Below are positions 29,478 through 38,363 of a stretch of DNA of 64,000 nt, piece after piece. A program made the position numbers and the translations under genes. The stretch is from NCBI GenBank assembly GCA_963719225.1, contig CAVRAY010000001.1, forward strand, positions 3,040,001-3,104,000, given 5' to 3'. The DNA comes from Thermoanaerobaculia bacterium (GTDB lineage Bacteria > Acidobacteriota > Thermoanaerobaculia > UBA5066). Numbering within the stretch: position 1 is the stretch's first letter; each line of letters begins with the position of its first letter. The notes beneath the pieces are model-generated. The model was not told the origin of the DNA, ran no database searches, and saw only the letters and a list, made by a program, of their open reading frames with translations.

Positions 29478-30936
29478 CGAAGTCGATGTAGCCACGCTCG
29501 ACGTCCGTCGAGACGAGCTTGACGCGCACCTTCTCGCCGACCTCGAGGCCTTCGAAGCCGCGCACGATCTTGCCTTCCACCGGCGGCCGGAAGATGCGCG
29601 CCCACGTGCCTTTCTCCGAGGCCCCGGTCACGACCCCGTCGAAGCGCTCGCCGATGCGCGTCTCGAGGAGCAGCGCGCCCGCGGACTTGCGCAGGAGGCG
29701 CTCGACCTTGTTCGCGGCGTCCTCCTGCTCGGTGCAATGGACGGCGAGGGCGTTCAGCTCCGGGACAGAATACGGCGACGGGCGGCGTGCGAGCGCGGCT
29801 TTCAGGAGACGCTGCGTGATGACGTCGGGGTACCGGCGATTCGGTGCGGTGGAGTGCGTGTAGTCGCGCACCGCGAGCCCGAAATGGCCGACCGGCTCCC
29901 TGCCGGGCAGCTCGACGACGTATTCGCCCGCGCCCATGAGCTTCACGATGACGAGGGAGAGGTCCGGGAAGCGCAGCGGATCCGCCTTCCGGCGCGCCAC
30001 GAGGAACTTCTCCAGGGCCTTCGAGTCCGGCTCCTCGGGCAGGGAGAAACCGTACTCCGCGGCGACGGAGACGATCCGCTGCCACCTCTCGGGCGAGCGC
30101 ACGATGCGGCGCAGCGCGGCGAAGCCGGCCTCCTGGAGATAGCGGGCCGTGACGCCGTTCGCCGCGATCATGAAGTCCTCGATGAGCTGCTTCGGCTCGT
30201 TTTGCTCGTCGACCGTCAGATCGCGGATCTCCTCGCCGTCGAATACGGCCCGCGCCTCGATCGTCTGGAGGTCGAGCGCGCCCTGGGCGTAACGGAGGCG
30301 CCGGAGGCGTTGCGAGACGTCTTCCTGCAGGGTGATCTGCGCGTCGATCCCGGGGACCTTCGCCATCGCCTCCGGCATCTCCGCGCGCCCGTCGCGCCAG
30401 GCGTCCACGGAGTTGTAGGCGAGCTTCGCCTTGTTGCGCACGAGGGCGCGCGAGACGTTCGAGTCGCCGAGCGTGCCGTCCGCGTTCACGACGTACTCGA
30501 CGACGACGGCGAGCCGGTCCTCGTCCTGGTTCAGCGAGGTGAGGTTTGTCGAGAGCTTCTCCGGCAGCATCGGAAAGATCCCGCCAGCCGTGTACACCGA
30601 GGTCGTGTTCCGGGCCGCGCGCGCGTCGAGCGGCGTCCCTTTCTTCACGATCGCGTCCACGTCCGCGACGGCGACGAACACTCTCGCCGCGCCGCCTTCC
30701 AGGACCTCGGCGACGGTCAGCTGGTCGAGGTCGCGGCTGTCGTCGTTGTCGATGGACGCCCAGAGCCGGTCGCGCAGGTCGCGAATGCCCGGCTCCTTCT
30801 CGCGGGCGGGCTCCTCGATGCGCTCGAGCTGTTGAACGGCGTCCTTCGGAAAATCCGGGTCGAGCCCCTTCTCGCGCATCGCGCGCCGCGCGATGTCGGC
30901 GAGGTCGGAGCGATGGTGCCGGCCTCTTCTCGTCAT
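29467..30936 (-). CDS. RNB-domain exoribonuclease (RNase II/R family, short form)
   Basis: SIDNDDSRDLDQ, IEDFMIAAN, HFGLA, HSTAPNRRYPD. Confidence 0.9.
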   Translation of the reverse strand: MTRRGRHHRSDLADIARRAMREKGLDPDFPKDAVQQLERIEEPAREKEPGIRDLRDRLWASIDNDDSRDLDQLTVAEVLEGGAARVFVAVADVDAIVKKGTPLDARAARNTTSVYTAGGIFPMLPEKLSTNLTSLNQDEDRLAVVVEYVVNADGTLGDSNVSRALVRNKAKLAYNSVDAWRDGRAEMPEAMAKVPGIDAQITLQEDVSQRLRRLRYAQGALDLQTIEARAVFDGEEIRDLTVDEQNEPKQLIEDFMIAANGVTARYLQEAGFAALRRIVRSPERWQRIVSVAAEYGFSLPEEPDSKALEKFLVARRKADPLRFPDLSLVIVKLMGAGEYVVELPGREPVGHFGLAVRDYTHSTAPNRRYPDVITQRLLKAALARRPSPYSVPELNALAVHCTEQEDAANKVERLLRKSAGALLLETRIGERFDGVVTGASEKGTWARIFRPPVEGKIVRGFEGLEVGEKVRVKLVSTDVERGYIDFVRA

Positions 30937-30949
30937 GCGGTGAATCTTG

Positions 30950-31876
30950 TCATGGGCGGACGAGGCTGACGGCCGCCGCGACGGCCTTCCTCCCCGCCGG
31001 CGACTTCGGATCGATGATCTCGAAATGCCCGCCTGGGACGCGCACGAGCCGCGCGTCGTCACCTCCGGCTTTCGCGCGGCCCACATAGGCGTAGCTGAGG
31101 TCGAACGGCACGATGTCGTCGCGCTCCCCGTGGACGAGGATCTGCGGGACGCCGAGCGGAAGGAGCTCGGCCGGCGAAGAGGAGAGATAGCGACCGGCCA
31201 TGTCGCCCGGCGAGCCGCCCATGAGCGCGCCCACCGCTCCGCTCCCCACGCCGTCGCGGTAGGCGCGCGCGAGATCCGGGACGCCCGCGAGGGAGACGGC
31301 GCCTCCCACGCGAAGCGGATCAACCTCGAAGAGCGGATCCGTCTTCCAGATTCGCGGGCGCGCGGCGAGCCAGAGTGCGAGGTGGCCGCCCGCCGAATGT
31401 CCGATCGTGACGACGCGCCCGAGATCGAGCGGATGCGTCTTCGAGAGCGCACGCAGGTGATTCGTCGCCCGGGACGCGTCGCGGAACGTGCCCGGCCAGC
31501 CGCCGCCGTCTTCGCCGACGCGCCGGTACTCGATGTTCCACGTGGCGACCCCGGCCGCCGTGATCGCCGACGAGAGCCTGTCCATGAGATCGAGGCCGTA
31601 AGCGGCCTTCCAGAAGCCGCCGTGCACCACGACCGCGACGGGATGCGGCCCCGCGCCGCGGGGAAGGCGCAGCTCCCCGAACTGCGACTTTCCGGTTCCG
31701 TAGGAGATTCTGATTAGGGAAGAAGAAGAGGAAGAGGAAGAGGAGAAAAGAGAGGAAGAGAAGATTTCTTTGAAGGGAAGAGGGGCTCGGGCAAGCGCCC
31801 GGTTCGCGAGCGCCGCCGAAGCCGCGGCTCCGGCGCTCATGATCATTCTAAGAAAAACCCTCTTCGAACAATCCAT
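30950..31876 (-). CDS. Alpha/beta hydrolase with Tat-like leader and poly-Ser linker
   Basis: HGGFW, GHSAGG, HGERDDIV, GGHF; leader contains SKRVFL. Confidence 0.8.
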   Translation of the reverse strand: MDCSKRVFLRMIMSAGAAASAALANRALARAPLPFKEIFSSSLFSSSSSSSSSLIRISYGTGKSQFGELRLPRGAGPHPVAVVVHGGFWKAAYGLDLMDRLSSAITAAGVATWNIEYRRVGEDGGGWPGTFRDASRATNHLRALSKTHPLDLGRVVTIGHSAGGHLALWLAARPRIWKTDPLFEVDPLRVGGAVSLAGVPDLARAYRDGVGSGAVGALMGGSPGDMAGRYLSSSPAELLPLGVPQILVHGERDDIVPFDLSYAYVGRAKAGGDDARLVRVPGGHFEIIDPKSPAGRKAVAAAVSLVRP

Positions 31877-31950
31877 TACGTCGACAGCAGTGCTGCTACG
31901 AACCGAGCTTCCTCCAGCCCTATTCACCTTCTAAGAAATACTCTCTTCGA
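31716..31950. repeat. Cluster of dispersed motifs with a long GA tract
   Basis: Forward core 31766; reverse cores 31846 and 31929. Confidence 0.8.
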
Positions 31951-31971
31951 ACGATCCACTGAGCGAGAAGC

Positions 31972-34725
31972 TTACTTCCGCAGCGCCGCCTGCGCCGCCG
32001 CGAGCCGGGCGATCGGGATGCGGAACGGCGAGCAGGACACGTAGTCGAGGCCGATGCGGTGACAGAACTCGACGCTCGACGGGTCGCCGCCGTGCTCCCC
32101 GCAGATGCCGAGGTGGATGTCCTTGCGGGCGCCTCGCCCCAGCTCGACGGCCATCTTCATGAGCTTGCCGACGCCGACCTGATCGACCTTCTCGAAGGGG
32201 TCGGCGGGCAGGATCTCGCGCCGCACGTACTCGGGCAGGAACTTGCCCGCGTCGTCGCGCGACAGCCCGAAGGTCGTCTGCGTGAGGTCGTTCGTGCCGA
32301 AGCTGAAGAACTCGGCCTCCGCGGCGATCTCGTCGGCCGTGACCGCCGCGCGCGGCAGCTCGATCATCGTGCCGAGGAGGTATTTGACCTTGATGCCTTC
32401 CGCTTCGAACACCTTCTTCGCCGTGTCGCGCACGATCCTGGCCTGGTCGGCCAGCTCGTGGACGTGGCCGACGAGCGGAATCATGATCTCGGGCCTCACG
32501 TCGATGCCTTCCTTCTTGACGCGGCAGGCAGCCTCGAGGATCGCGCGCGTCTGCATGCGCGTGATCTCGGGGAAGGAGATGCCGAGGCGGCAGCCGCGGT
32601 GCCCGAGCATCGGGTTCATCTCGTGCAGCTCGGCGACCTTGCGCGCCACCGTGCTCACGTCGACACCGGCCTCGCGCGCCACGCTCTCGCGCTCCTTCTC
32701 GCCGTGCGGAAGGAACTCGTGGAGCGGCGGGTCGAGAGTCCGGATCGTGACGGGGCGCGAGCCCATGGCGCGGAACAGGCCGATGAAGTCGTCGCGCTGC
32801 ATCGGAAGGATCTTGTCGAGCGCGCGCTCGCGGTCCTCGGTCTTGTCGGCGAGGATCATCTCGCGCATCGCCGTGATGCGCTCGCCGCCGAAGAACATGT
32901 GCTCCGTGCGGCAGAGGCCGATGCCCTGTGCTCCGAACGCGACGGCGTTCGTGGCCTGGTCGGGCTGGTCGGCGTTCGCGCGCACCTTCAGGCGCCGCGC
33001 CTTGTCCGCCCATGACATCAGCGTCGCGTAGAGCCGGTAGACGCCGCTCTTCGCGGGATCGAGCGAGCGGTCGAGGAGGACCTGCAGGACCTCGGAGGGC
33101 TTCGTCGCGATGCGGCCCTCGATGACCTCGCCCGTCGAGCCGTCGATCGAGAGCCAGTCGCCCTCGCGGACGGAGCGCGGCTCTTTCGCGCCGGGCGACG
33201 CGACCGTCATGACGCGCTTCTGCGCGTCGATGCGCAGGGCCTCGCAGCCCACGATGCACACCTTGCCCATCTGGCGCGCCACGAGCGCGGCGTGGGACGT
33301 CATGCCGCCGCGCGCCGTGAGGACGCCCTCGGCCGCGTTCATGCCCTTGATGTCCTCGGGGCTCGTCTCTTCGCGCACGAGGAGAACCTTCTCGCCGCGG
33401 CTCGCCCACTCGAAGGCGTCGTGCGCCGTGAAGACGACGCGTCCCGTGGCGGCGCCCGGACCGGCGTTGAGGCCCTTCGCGAGACCCTGTCCCTTGGCCA
33501 TCGCCTCGGCTTTCGCCGCGGGATCGAAGATGGGCCTGAGAAGCTGGTTCAGGGAGTCGGGGTTCACGCGCAGCACCGCCTGGTCTCGCGTGATGCGCTT
33601 TTCTCCGACCATCTCGACGGCGATGCGGACCTCGGCGAAGCCCGTCCGCTTGCCCGTGCGGGTCTGGAGCATCCAGAGCTTTCCGGTCTCCACGGTGAAC
33701 TCGATGTCCTGCATGTCGCCGTAGTGGTCCTCGAGCTTCTTCCGGATGCCGAGCAGCTCCTTGTAGACCTTCGGCATCTTTTTCTCGAGCGTCGCGATCT
33801 TCTGCGGCGTGCGCACGCCGGCCACCACGTCTTCGCCCTGGGCGTTGATGAGGTACTCGCCGTAGAAGACGTCCTCTCCCGTCGCGGGGTCGCGCGTGAA
33901 CGCGACGCCAGTTCCGCAATCGTCGCCGAGATTCCCGAACACCATCGACTGGACGTTCACCGCGGTGCCCCAGCTCTCCGGAATCCCGTTGAGCTGACGG
34001 TAGACCTTCGCGCGGTCGTTCATCCAGGAGCCGAACACGGCGCCGATCGCGCCCCAGAGCTGCTCGAGAGGATCGTCCGGAAAGGTCTTTCCCGTGCGCT
34101 TCTTGATCTCGGCCTTGAATTCGCGCACGAGCTCTTTCAACGCCTCGACGGGAATCTCTGTATCGAGACTCACTTTGAACGCGCGTTTCTTCTTCTCGAG
34201 GAGGACCTCGAACGGGTCGCGCTCGTGCCTGTCAAGAGGTTTCAGCTCGAGAACGACGTCCCCGTACATCGCGACGAAACGGCGGTAACAGTCCCAGGCG
34301 AAGCGGGGGTTTTTCGAGACTTGCGCCAAACCTTCGACCGTCCTGTCGTTCAATCCGAGGTTCAAAATTGTGTCCATCATGCCCGGCATCGAGGCCCGGG
34401 CCCCCGACCGGACGGACACCGTCAAGGGGTTCTGCGGATCTCCGAACGTGCGCCCCAGCTTCTTCTCGATCGCCTTCAGATGGATCGCGACCTCTTCCCG
34501 CAAACCCTTGGGGTAGCTCTTCTTGTTGTCGTAGAAGTATGTACAGACTTCGGTCGTGATCGTGAAGCCGGGGGGCACCGGCAGGCCGAGACGACCCATC
34601 TCGGCCAGGTTCGCACCCTTGCCTCCGAGCAGGTCCTTCCGTTTCGCGCTCCCCTCGGCGGCTCCCGCGCCGAATGAGTAAACGGCCTTCCTGGGTGCCG
34701 ATTTGCCCTTTTTCTTCGTTGCCAT
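31972..34725 (-). CDS. ppdK: Pyruvate, phosphate dikinase
   Basis: [47 protein letters not shown]. Confidence 0.97.
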   Translation of the reverse strand: MATKKKGKSAPRKAVYSFGAGAAEGSAKRKDLLGGKGANLAEMGRLGLPVPPGFTITTEVCTYFYDNKKSYPKGLREEVAIHLKAIEKKLGRTFGDPQNPLTVSVRSGARASMPGMMDTILNLGLNDRTVEGLAQVSKNPRFAWDCYRRFVAMYGDVVLELKPLDRHERDPFEVLLEKKKRAFKVSLDTEIPVEALKELVREFKAEIKKRTGKTFPDDPLEQLWGAIGAVFGSWMNDRAKVYRQLNGIPESWGTAVNVQSMVFGNLGDDCGTGVAFTRDPATGEDVFYGEYLINAQGEDVVAGVRTPQKIATLEKKMPKVYKELLGIRKKLEDHYGDMQDIEFTVETGKLWMLQTRTGKRTGFAEVRIAVEMVGEKRITRDQAVLRVNPDSLNQLLRPIFDPAAKAEAMAKGQGLAKGLNAGPGAATGRVVFTAHDAFEWASRGEKVLLVREETSPEDIKGMNAAEGVLTARGGMTSHAALVARQMGKVCIVGCEALRIDAQKRVMTVASPGAKEPRSVREGDWLSIDGSTGEVIEGRIATKPSEVLQVLLDRSLDPAKSGVYRLYATLMSWADKARRLKVRANADQPDQATNAVAFGAQGIGLCRTEHMFFGGERITAMREMILADKTEDRERALDKILPMQRDDFIGLFRAMGSRPVTIRTLDPPLHEFLPHGEKERESVAREAGVDVSTVARKVAELHEMNPMLGHRGCRLGISFPEITRMQTRAILEAACRVKKEGIDVRPEIMIPLVGHVHELADQARIVRDTAKKVFEAEGIKVKYLLGTMIELPRAAVTADEIAAEAEFFSFGTNDLTQTTFGLSRDDAGKFLPEYVRREILPADPFEKVDQVGVGKLMKMAVELGRGARKDIHLGICGEHGGDPSSVEFCHRIGLDYVSCSPFRIPIARLAAAQAALRK

Positions 34726-34794
34726 CTGATCCCACCCCTCGATTCCGAATGTCGGACGATAGCGTTGAATTCCGGTGGCTTGCGAGAGCTCCGG

Positions 34795-34824
34795 TTGACC
34801 CTTGCCGAAAAGCGGGCGTAGCAT
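34795..34824 (+). promoter_or_regulatory. Putative sigma70 promoter (TTGACC-N18-TAGCAT) for the sigma/TPR operon
   Basis: Near-consensus hexamers upstream of the ATG at 34852. Confidence 0.45.
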
Positions 34825-34851
34825 ATAGGGGCTCTTCTCAGAAGGGGAAAG

Positions 34852-35340
34852 ATGTCCCGGAACTTCGACGAGATCGTGTCCGACGAGGTACTGAAGCAGC
34901 GCTCCCGTTTTGCGCCTGCCGAGGTTCCTGTCCCGGCGCGGCCCGTGTGGAACTGGGAAGAGCTGAACGCGAAGTTCCGCCCCCGCCTCATTGCCGCCGG
35001 CGTCATCCGTTTCGGCCTCTCGCAGGATGACTGCGAGGGCGCGGCGCAGACCGTCTTTCTCAAGGTGCTCGCGATGAATCCGCGCGTGCGCGACCCGAAG
35101 GCGTACCTGCGCGCGGCGTTCCTGAACCAGTGCAACAACATCCTGCAGGCGCGCGAGAGGCGCGGCGTCGGGGATTCCGACTCGGGGGTCGTGTTGCGCG
35201 AGCTCAGGCTCGCGGAATCGGGAGAGATCGAGCTTCGGGCCGAGACCGCGCCCGTTTCCGACCGGACCGGCCCGATGCCGGCGGTCCGGCGCACGCTGTG
35301 GGATCGCATTCGCGCCGGACTGGCGACGGTGACGCCGTGA
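34852..35340 (+). CDS. ECF-like sigma factor with region 2 present and region 4 apparently deleted or degenerate
   Basis: [13 protein letters not shown]...[15 protein letters not shown] is region 2; no recognisable region 4 HTH. Confidence 0.65.
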   Translation: MSRNFDEIVSDEVLKQRSRFAPAEVPVPARPVWNWEELNAKFRPRLIAAGVIRFGLSQDDCEGAAQTVFLKVLAMNPRVRDPKAYLRAAFLNQCNNILQARERRGVGDSDSGVVLRELRLAESGEIELRAETAPVSDRTGPMPAVRRTLWDRIRAGLATVTP

Positions 35341-36590
35341 AGCACGACGACGTCTTCGACGCAATCCTCGAGGCGGAGCTCGTGCCAGAGCTGCCGCCTC
35401 AAGCCATGGGCCGTACGCTCCCCTTCGTAAGGGCGAACGCCCACGCCTCCGTCGAAGACATCTACCGGCTCTCGCAGGACGCGGAGAAGCCCTCCGAGCT
35501 GATCCTGAAGGCTGCGCGATCCGGCGCCGACGAGCTCGCCGCCACCCTGCGGTCGCTGGACGGCAAGCCCTACCGCGGCTTCGCGCTGCTCTATGCGGCG
35601 CAGAAGGCATTCGCGCTCGTTCCCGAGGATCCGGCCCGCGCAAATCTGGTTGCCGACCTTCTCTTCGAGGAGGGTGCGACGCTGGCGGCAGCGGTTCCCG
35701 ATTCCCGTGCATCGACGCCAGCACCTCGCCAGGCAGTCCAGGCAGAGGCCACCCTCCTGAGAGCGTATACGTTCCTTCAATCCAGTGAGCCTCTCCTCGC
35801 TCGGGCGGCCGTGACCCCGGCTCGCGAATATTTCAAAGAATCGGGCGACCTCGGTTTTGGCTCGGCCCTCTGCGATTACTACGAGGGTCAAGCCGCGAGC
35901 TACTCTCGCGACTACGAATCTGCTGAACGCCTCCTAAACAGCGCTCTCGGGACCTTTTCGGAGTTCGGCCAGGATCATCTCCACGCACGTGCTGAAGTCG
36001 CGCTGGGAACTCTCTTTCTCCACCGCGGCGATAACGATCGAGCACTTCAGTATCTCGAGCGGGCCGCGGCACGTTTCGACGCGGAACAGGATGCGCAGTT
36101 CCTCGTCCCGACGCTCAACAACCGTGCTCAGTGCCTCATGCGCCTCGAGCGGTTCGATGAGGCGCGGGCGACCCTGGCGAAGTCCATGAACCTCTGCCTG
36201 CGCTTCGGCTTTCGCTCGCATCTCCTCTTCGTACGGAACGGTCTCGCAGAACTCGACGTGCGCCGCGGTCAGTTCAAGCGCGCTCTGCGCACCTTCGGCG
36301 AAATCGTCAAGGAGGTCACGGCCCCGATTGACGTCGCGTTTGCTCGCCTCTATATCGCCGAGTGCCACGCCCGTCTCGGCAACCTTGGACCAATGGCGAC
36401 GGAAATCGAGGCCCTTCGGCGCGAGCGTCAGGAGAATCCCTTCGCTCCCTCACCCGCTTTCGGCGAACTCTTCGTCTGCCTCGACCAGGGAATGCTCGAC
36501 GCAGACCTCATCGCGCACGTCCGGGAGTACTTGCAGGACCAAGAGAACGGCACGAAGCGCGCATACCTTCCTCTGAGGCTCGTCGGCTAG
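35337..36590 (+). CDS. Cytoplasmic tetratricopeptide-repeat protein
   Basis: Repeated TPR-like helical pairs ([22 protein letters not shown]; [19 protein letters not shown]); GTGA overlap with the sigma gene; no signal peptide. Confidence 0.75.
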   Translation: MKHDDVFDAILEAELVPELPPQAMGRTLPFVRANAHASVEDIYRLSQDAEKPSELILKAARSGADELAATLRSLDGKPYRGFALLYAAQKAFALVPEDPARANLVADLLFEEGATLAAAVPDSRASTPAPRQAVQAEATLLRAYTFLQSSEPLLARAAVTPAREYFKESGDLGFGSALCDYYEGQAASYSRDYESAERLLNSALGTFSEFGQDHLHARAEVALGTLFLHRGDNDRALQYLERAAARFDAEQDAQFLVPTLNNRAQCLMRLERFDEARATLAKSMNLCLRFGFRSHLLFVRNGLAELDVRRGQFKRALRTFGEIVKEVTAPIDVAFARLYIAECHARLGNLGPMATEIEALRRERQENPFAPSPAFGELFVCLDQGMLDADLIAHVREYLQDQENGTKRAYLPLRLVG

Positions 36591-36620
36591 ACACAGCTGC
36601 CAACCTGTTGCGAATTTACT

Positions 36621-36649
36621 CGGCCGCCTTCGGGCGGCCGATGTTTTTT
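36621..36649 (+). terminator. Rho-independent terminator after the TPR gene
   Basis: CGGCCGCC-TTCG-GGCGGCCG followed by ATGTTTTTT. Confidence 0.8.
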
Positions 36650-36698
36650 CGGGCGTCGGGGGTCAAAAGGGCCTTTGTCCCCTGTCCTAGTAGGTGAA

Positions 36699-36723
36699 GG
36701 GCAGGTGAAACGAACACCTGCCC
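36699..36723 (+). other. Perfect 9-bp hairpin upstream of the peptide ORF
   Basis: GGGCAGGTG-AAACGAA-CACCTGCCC, ending 11 nt before the AGGAGG RBS. Confidence 0.6.
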
Positions 36724-36744
36724 GGCTTCGGGGTAGGAGGACGC

Positions 36745-36900
36745 ATGGACTTTCTTCTTATGTTTTTTGAGCTTTTTCCAGGTTTTCTGATGGGTGAATC
36801 GGGGCTTGCCGGCGGACGCCCCAGAGGCGTATCGATCAGCTCGACCCCCATCGGGATCAGTTCGACGCCCATCGGAATCAGCTCGACGCCGATTGGCTGA
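36745..36900 (+). CDS. 51-aa precursor-like peptide MDFLLMFFELFPGFLMGESGLAGGRPRGVS-(ISSTPIG)x3
   Basis: AGGAGG at 36735-36740, ATG 36745, TGA 36898-36900; all differences among the three 21-bp repeats are synonymous in this frame; absent from the supplied ORF track. Confidence 0.8.
   Translation: MDFLLMFFELFPGFLMGESGLAGGRPRGVSISSTPIGISSTPIGISSTPIG
36835..36897 (+). repeat. Three tandem 21-bp repeats encoding ISSTPIG
   Basis: ATCAGCTCGACCCCCATCGGG / ATCAGTTCGACGCCCATCGGA / ATCAGCTCGACGCCGATTGGC. Confidence 0.95.
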
Positions 36901-36982
36901 AGGAGCCCTGGGTAGAAGGAATTTGGATGACGCCGCGCGGCGGCGTCACGGGAATGTTTCGCCCGCAGGGAGGAGTATCGAC

Positions 36983-37393
36983 ATGCTGAGAAGCCATCTG
37001 CCGAAGGAAGAGCCGGCTGGCGACGTCACGCTGTCGTTACAGCTCCACGCGCCGCAGCCGGTCGTCGTGTCGAGCGCGACGGAACCAGGAAAGGTCCTCC
37101 TCCACCTCGAAATCCGAAACAAGTCGAATCAAGCGTGGGAGGGATCCACGGAAGCGGGTCCCCTCCTCGAGATGGTCCTCCTCGACTCGGAGGGCCACGA
37201 GCGCTCCCGGCAGACGCGCCAGTGCCGGATGCTCGCCTATCCCACCCGCCTGGAGCCCGGGCGGGGATTCAACCTCCCCCTCTTCTTCACCCTGCCCGGG
37301 CTCTCCTCTTCCGGCGAAGACTTCCGCATCGAGATTCGCCTCGTGCCCGGCCGCGAAGTCCTCACCGGCCACCTGCGCGTCGAGCCGCACTGA
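36983..37393 (+). CDS. Small hypothetical protein, possibly Ig-like/BsuPI-like beta-sandwich
   Basis: GGAGGAG RBS; LHLEIRNKS...RLEPG pattern. Confidence 0.55.
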   Translation: MLRSHLPKEEPAGDVTLSLQLHAPQPVVVSSATEPGKVLLHLEIRNKSNQAWEGSTEAGPLLEMVLLDSEGHERSRQTRQCRMLAYPTRLEPGRGFNLPLFFTLPGLSSSGEDFRIEIRLVPGREVLTGHLRVEPH

Positions 37394-37454
37394 CGGCTGC
37401 GGGGCTTCGCCCCGTTTGACCTCCTTCCACCCTTTTCGGCATGATCCCCGCGCG

Positions 37455-38363
37455 GTGATCCCAGCGAAGAGTTCCGTTTCGTCTCTCATCGGCATCCCGA
37501 CGCAGCGTCCGACCGCCTGGTGGCTCGAGACGCTTCGAAAGCGCGCCGAAAAGATGTACGGCGAGCACCTGGACCTCTCGCAGCCCGTCGAGTTCGAGTC
37601 CGAGGAAGAGCGCCTCGCCTGCATCAAGTTCTTCAACGCGGCATACCGCGCCGAGGAATCCGGAAAGGCCGGAGCGCACCGGCTCGCCGATGAAGTCCGC
37701 GCGTGGGATCCGGACCTCGCCGAATGCCTCGTCCTGTACGGCAACGAGGAAGGCTGGCACCGCGAGCTCCTCGACGAGTTCCTCGGACACATCGGTGGCG
37801 GCGTGACCGCCATGGGCCGGATGACGAGGACGTTCTACGGCGTCTACGCGAAGGCCGAGCGCATGGAATCGATCATGCTCACGAACCTCATGTTCGAGAC
37901 GATCGGCGCCACGACGTACCGGCTGTCGCTCCGCCGCGTGAAACAGCCGCTCGCGCGGCAGGTGCTCACGATCCTCACGCGCGACGAGTCGTTCCACGTG
38001 CCGCTCAACGTGCACTTCATCCGCGAGATCCTCAAGCACTACCCCGAGCGCAGCCGCGCGCGCCTGAAGGCCATCTACCAGATGGTCTTCCACTCGCTCG
38101 TTCTCCTGTCCCTCGGAAGCCGCAAGGTCGCGCAGGGCTTCGACCGGATCTCGTGGAAGGAGCTGACGTCCGCCTACGTCGAGAACCTCGGACGTCTCTT
38201 CGTGAACGAGCCCGACCTCGACTTCGCGCCGCCGCGCCACCTGCTCGCGGCCTTCGGCATGTCGCGCGGCAGCCTGACGAACACCGGCGGCGTCGACGCG
38301 ATCAGCGTCGCGGCGGCCGAGGCGGCCGCGCGGCGCGAAGACGTCAGCGTGACGCCGCTCTAG
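37455..38363 (+). CDS. Ferritin-like di-iron carboxylate protein
   Basis: E...EEGWH...E...DESFH ligand pattern (two ExxH motifs); start uncertain (TTG 37416 or GTG 37455). Confidence 0.75.
   Translation: MIPAKSSVSSLIGIPTQRPTAWWLETLRKRAEKMYGEHLDLSQPVEFESEEERLACIKFFNAAYRAEESGKAGAHRLADEVRAWDPDLAECLVLYGNEEGWHRELLDEFLGHIGGGVTAMGRMTRTFYGVYAKAERMESIMLTNLMFETIGATTYRLSLRRVKQPLARQVLTILTRDESFHVPLNVHFIREILKHYPERSRARLKAIYQMVFHSLVLLSLGSRKVAQGFDRISWKELTSAYVENLGRLFVNEPDLDFAPPRHLLAAFGMSRGSLTNTGGVDAISVAAAEAAARREDVSVTPL

Noticed and set aside
34726-35724. Long N-terminal extensions on ppdK (also on proA, pcnB, pepP and the RNB gene)
   Set aside because: Artefacts of choosing the farthest start codon; they overlap neighbouring genes and homology begins at the downstream start.
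36687-36872. Antisense ORF MGVELIPMGVELID... from the ORF track
   Set aside because: No RBS, starts inside the repeat, and the repeat is not conserved in this frame; the + strand ORF has AGGAGG and perfect peptide conservation.
36835-36897. 21-bp repeats as a mini CRISPR array or iterons
   Set aside because: No spacers, no cas or rep gene, and variation is confined to synonymous codon positions, which indicates a coding repeat.
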